From contig JAKLDT010000002.1 of assembly GCA_022703405.1 (NCBI GenBank), positions 244-64,243 of the forward strand: a DNA stretch of 64,000 nt. The letters run 5' to 3'. Positions 61,038 through 64,000 of the stretch are shown piece after piece (position 1 is the stretch's first letter; each line of letters opens with the position of its first letter). This DNA is from Bacteroidota bacterium. GTDB taxonomy: Bacteria > Bacteroidota > Bacteroidia > Bacteroidales > VadinHA17. The notes beneath the pieces were generated by a model. The model ran no database searches and was not told where the DNA came from. It was given only the letters and a program-made list of their open reading frames with translations. The translations under genes were made by a program, and so were the position numbers.

Positions 61038-63497
61038 ATGAATATTCCTGAAAAGATAAAGCCCGCGATACCTCATCTGCTGGCTATTGTAATATTTATG
61101 ACACTGTCGCTTGCATACTTCTATCCCCTGCTTGAGGGAAAGGTAATGCATACCAACGATGGAACCGTAGCCCAGAATGCGGCAAAGGAAATAAATGACT
61201 ACCGTGCAAAATATGGAGAGGAAGCTCTCTGGACAAACAGCATGTTCAGCGGCATGCCAGCCTATCTTATTTCAACATTATACAAGGGCAACATAATGAA
61301 CTTTGTCAATAAAGTCCTTCATTTCCTGCGCCATCCAGCATCAGTCATTTTCCTTTCAATGCTTGGATTTTATTTCCTGCTGCTGATGTTCAAATCAGGA
61401 CCACGGCTGGCAATAGCAGGAGCTATCGCTTATGGATTTTCAACATACATCTTCTTCATCCTATCGGCAGGACACAACACAAAGGCACAGGCTATTGCCT
61501 ATATGGCGCCAATGATAGGCAGCATAATCTACACCTACAGGTATGATGCTATAAAAGGCGCGTTGCTTGCTACCTTCTTCCTTACACTGGAAATAATTGC
61601 AAATCATCCGCAGATCACTTATTATGCCCTGTTATGCATCCTTCTCTTTATCCTAATTGAACTTATTTATTCAATCAGGGAAAAGGAACTTGTAAAATTT
61701 GCAAAGAACTCACTGATCCTCATAATACCGCTTGTGCTTACCATAGGAATGAATTTCAGCTCGCTTTACTCAACCTATGAATATGGAAAATATTCAACAA
61801 GAAGCAAATCAGAACTTGGAATAAATGATGGCAACACAACAACCGGACTTGATAAGGATTATATTACCCAGTGGAGTTACGGGATTGATGAAACTTTTAC
61901 TTTTCTGATACCCAACTTTAAGGGCGGTGCCTGCAAGCCTTTTGACAAAAATTCAGAGACAGTCACTACACTGAGAAAAAACAATGCCTCACAATATGTA
62001 AGTCAGTTTCAGCAATACTGGGGAACACAGCCATGGGTTGACGGGCCTGTTTATCTGGGAGCCATAATTGTATTTCTATTTGTCCTGGGTCTTCTTATTG
62101 TCAAAGGTCCTGAAAAATGGTGGCTTCTCAGCGCTACAATACTTTCAATAATGCTGGCCTGGGGCAAGAATTTCATGCCCCTGACGAATCTGTTCCTCGA
62201 TTATTTTCCAGGGTACAATAAATTCAGGGCTGTCACAACAATTCTTGTAGTTGCTGAATTCTGCATTCCCTTTCTTGGCATACTTGCACTCAGGGATGTC
62301 TTCAACGGCGTTCTGGCACGGAAAGAATTGATAAAGAAAATTCAGATTGCTGCCGGAATAACCGGTGGAATTACACTTATTTTCATTCTTTTCCCCGGAC
62401 TTGCAGGTTCATTCATTTCTCCAATGGAGGCTACAATTGAACTGCCCGACTGGCTTTCTTCCACACTTGTGGCTGACAGGCAGAAAATGCTGAGGAGCGA
62501 TGCCTTCAGATCACTGATGCTGATCCTTATGGGCACAGGCGTGATACTTGCATTCATCTATGACAAACTTAAAAAAGAATATGCGATACTCCTTCTGGCA
62601 GTTTTATTCCTCGGCGATATGTGGCTTGTCGACAAACGATACCTTAATACAAGCCAGTTTGTGAGAAAGGAAGCAAAAGCGAAAATGCAGACACCCTCAG
62701 CTGCTGATGAGTTCATCCTTAAGGACAAATCCCATTACAGGGTGCTTAACCTCACTGTCTCAACCTTTAATGATGCATCAACTTCTTATTTTCACAAGTC
62801 AATAGGCGGTTATCACGGAGCAAAACTCAAGAGATATCAGGAGCTTATAGACACATCCCTGAGCATGAATATCGGTCTTATCCAGACAATTGGCAGCAGC
62901 GCAAAAACTATTGAGGATTTTGAATCGGCTTTTAACGGAACCTCTGCTCTTAACATGCTGAATACCAAATATGTGATATATAATCCTGATGCTCCCCCTC
63001 TTGTAAATAACAAAGCTTATGGCAACGCATGGTTTGTTGAAACACCTCAGATTGTTGAAAATGCTGCTGAAGAGATTTCAGGCATTAATAAAACTGACCT
63101 GAGTAAGGTTGCACTTATAGACAGGAAATTCTGTGAACTTCTGTCAAAACCTTCATATCCCGTTCAGCCCGGGGACACAATAAGCCTTGTTTCATACAAA
63201 CCAAACAGACTCGTTTACACCGCCAGTTCAAAAAGCGGAAATCTTGCTGTTTTCTCCGAAATATATTACCCTGCCGGATGGAAATGCTTTATCGACGGAA
63301 AGGAAAGTGACTATTTCAGAGCTGATTACGTACTGAGGGGGATAATAGTTCCTGAAGGCAGCCATGAGATAGAATTCCGTTTTGAACCATCATCATATAT
63401 TAATGGTAACAGGATCTCATACGCCAGCTCAGGCATTTTCATACTTCTGATAGCTGGCTATGTTGTTATGAACCTTCGCAAAAAGAAAACATCCTGA
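61038..63497 (+). CDS. YfhO-family polytopic membrane protein (glycan/lipid-linked sugar transferase-like)
   Basis: About 819 aa from the ATG at 61038 (MNIPEKIKPAIPHLLAIVIF). It has many TM segments, then a C-terminal extracytoplasmic domain and a final TM segment, the usual YfhO layout. Confidence 0.7.
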   Translation: MNIPEKIKPAIPHLLAIVIFMTLSLAYFYPLLEGKVMHTNDGTVAQNAAKEINDYRAKYGEEALWTNSMFSGMPAYLISTLYKGNIMNFVNKVLHFLRHPASVIFLSMLGFYFLLLMFKSGPRLAIAGAIAYGFSTYIFFILSAGHNTKAQAIAYMAPMIGSIIYTYRYDAIKGALLATFFLTLEIIANHPQITYYALLCILLFILIELIYSIREKELVKFAKNSLILIIPLVLTIGMNFSSLYSTYEYGKYSTRSKSELGINDGNTTTGLDKDYITQWSYGIDETFTFLIPNFKGGACKPFDKNSETVTTLRKNNASQYVSQFQQYWGTQPWVDGPVYLGAIIVFLFVLGLLIVKGPEKWWLLSATILSIMLAWGKNFMPLTNLFLDYFPGYNKFRAVTTILVVAEFCIPFLGILALRDVFNGVLARKELIKKIQIAAGITGGITLIFILFPGLAGSFISPMEATIELPDWLSSTLVADRQKMLRSDAFRSLMLILMGTGVILAFIYDKLKKEYAILLLAVLFLGDMWLVDKRYLNTSQFVRKEAKAKMQTPSAADEFILKDKSHYRVLNLTVSTFNDASTSYFHKSIGGYHGAKLKRYQELIDTSLSMNIGLIQTIGSSAKTIEDFESAFNGTSALNMLNTKYVIYNPDAPPLVNNKAYGNAWFVETPQIVENAAEEISGINKTDLSKVALIDRKFCELLSKPSYPVQPGDTISLVSYKPNRLVYTASSKSGNLAVFSEIYYPAGWKCFIDGKESDYFRADYVLRGIIVPEGSHEIEFRFEPSSYINGNRISYASSGIFILLIAGYVVMNLRKKKTS

Positions 63498-63499
63498 AG

Positions 63500-64000
63500 A
63501 TGATTCATCACGAAAGTTGCCCTGTCTGCTATTCTTCTGATTTCCGACACAGCCTGACCTGCACTGATCATTTTAAAAGCCAGGAGGAGTTTAAGCTGTT
63601 CACGTGTTCAGTATGCGGATTCACCTTTACCCAGGACCATCCTGCTGATGACGAAGCAGGAAAATATTATAAATCAGATGATTATATTTCTCACAGCGAT
63701 ACTTCAAGAGGTCTTGTAAACAAGATCTACAGGCTTGTAAGGGGGATGATGCTGAGGAAGAAACGGCGGCTTGTTGTCAAAGCATCCGGAGTTCAGACTG
63801 GCAGAATACTTGATATAGGCACAGGCACCGGTCATTTTGCCTTTGAAATGAAGAAAAACGGCTGGATTACATCCGGAATAGAAATAAACGGAGAAGCACG
63901 TCAGGCATCAATTGAAAGATTCGGACTTGAAATTATTTCACCTGAGCAGATATCGTCTCTGGTTTCGGCTTCTTATGATTGCATAACTCTCTGGCATGTG
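63500..64000 (+). CDS. Class I SAM-dependent methyltransferase with N-terminal zinc-ribbon, 5' part (runs off the right edge)
   Basis: ATG at 63500. MIHHESCPVCYSS...CSVCGF then ILDIGTGTGHFAF. The architecture matches 58880..59836. The frame is open to nt 64000. Confidence 0.7.
   Translation, partial: MIHHESCPVCYSSDFRHSLTCTDHFKSQEEFKLFTCSVCGFTFTQDHPADDEAGKYYKSDDYISHSDTSRGLVNKIYRLVRGMMLRKKRRLVVKASGVQTGRILDIGTGTGHFAFEMKKNGWITSGIEINGEARQASIERFGLEIISPEQISSLVSASYDCITLWHV

Noticed and set aside
1-64000. Mobile-element or defence hallmarks (transposase, integrase, tRNA attachment site, restriction-modification, toxin-antitoxin, cas, retron or RT genes), plus rRNA and tRNA genes
   Set aside because: None of the ORFs of 60 aa or more carries such motifs, and no intergenic region shows tRNA- or rRNA-like sequence. 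The unusual features of this window are non-coding repeats and metabolic gene clusters, not a classical defence island.

Overview
This 64-kb window is chromosomal DNA with Bacteroidota hallmarks: SusC/SusD pairs, TAnnTTTG -7 promoter boxes, lipoprotein and TAT signals, FISUMP and YfhO proteins. GC content is roughly 40-45% by eye. I call 52 protein genes. I found no rRNA, tRNA, CRISPR array, transposase or integrase.

Gene content from left to right:
- Two tandem SusC(/SusD) units, followed by a block of oxidoreductases, an amidohydrolase, an MFS transporter and a DUF6807 protein, with no recognisable glycoside hydrolase.
- Outer-membrane proteins and a compact five-gene operon rich in phosphatases.
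- crcB-DUF190, a dCMP deaminase and an S41 protease.
- sdhCAB, fused to a cluster of FAD-oxidoreductase, DUF4434, sugar porter and AGE epimerase.
- A nitric-oxide stress island: qNOR, hemerythrin, RIC, a divergent Rrf2 regulator and a membrane 4Fe-4S protein.
- Housekeeping genes (dusB, nadB, glyQS).
- A surface-glycan locus with glycosyltransferases, a Wzx-like flippase, YfhO and methyltransferases.

The most unusual signal is non-coding. Eight same-strand intergenic spacers hold degenerate short-period (7, 8, 9 or 10 nt) tandem arrays or GC-rich palindromes, six of which start at or within a few nt of the upstream stop codon. Three occur as inverted array pairs. One pair brackets an Avd-like four-helix-bundle (23S-rRNA-IVS protein family) gene, like a cassette.

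Separately, a ~295-nt element with dyad symmetry and four covarying C-GTA-G hairpins sits between convergent glycan genes. It is flanked by a 36-nt direct duplication of the flippase 3' end.

All functional calls come from reading motifs in the supplied translations. No database search was run.
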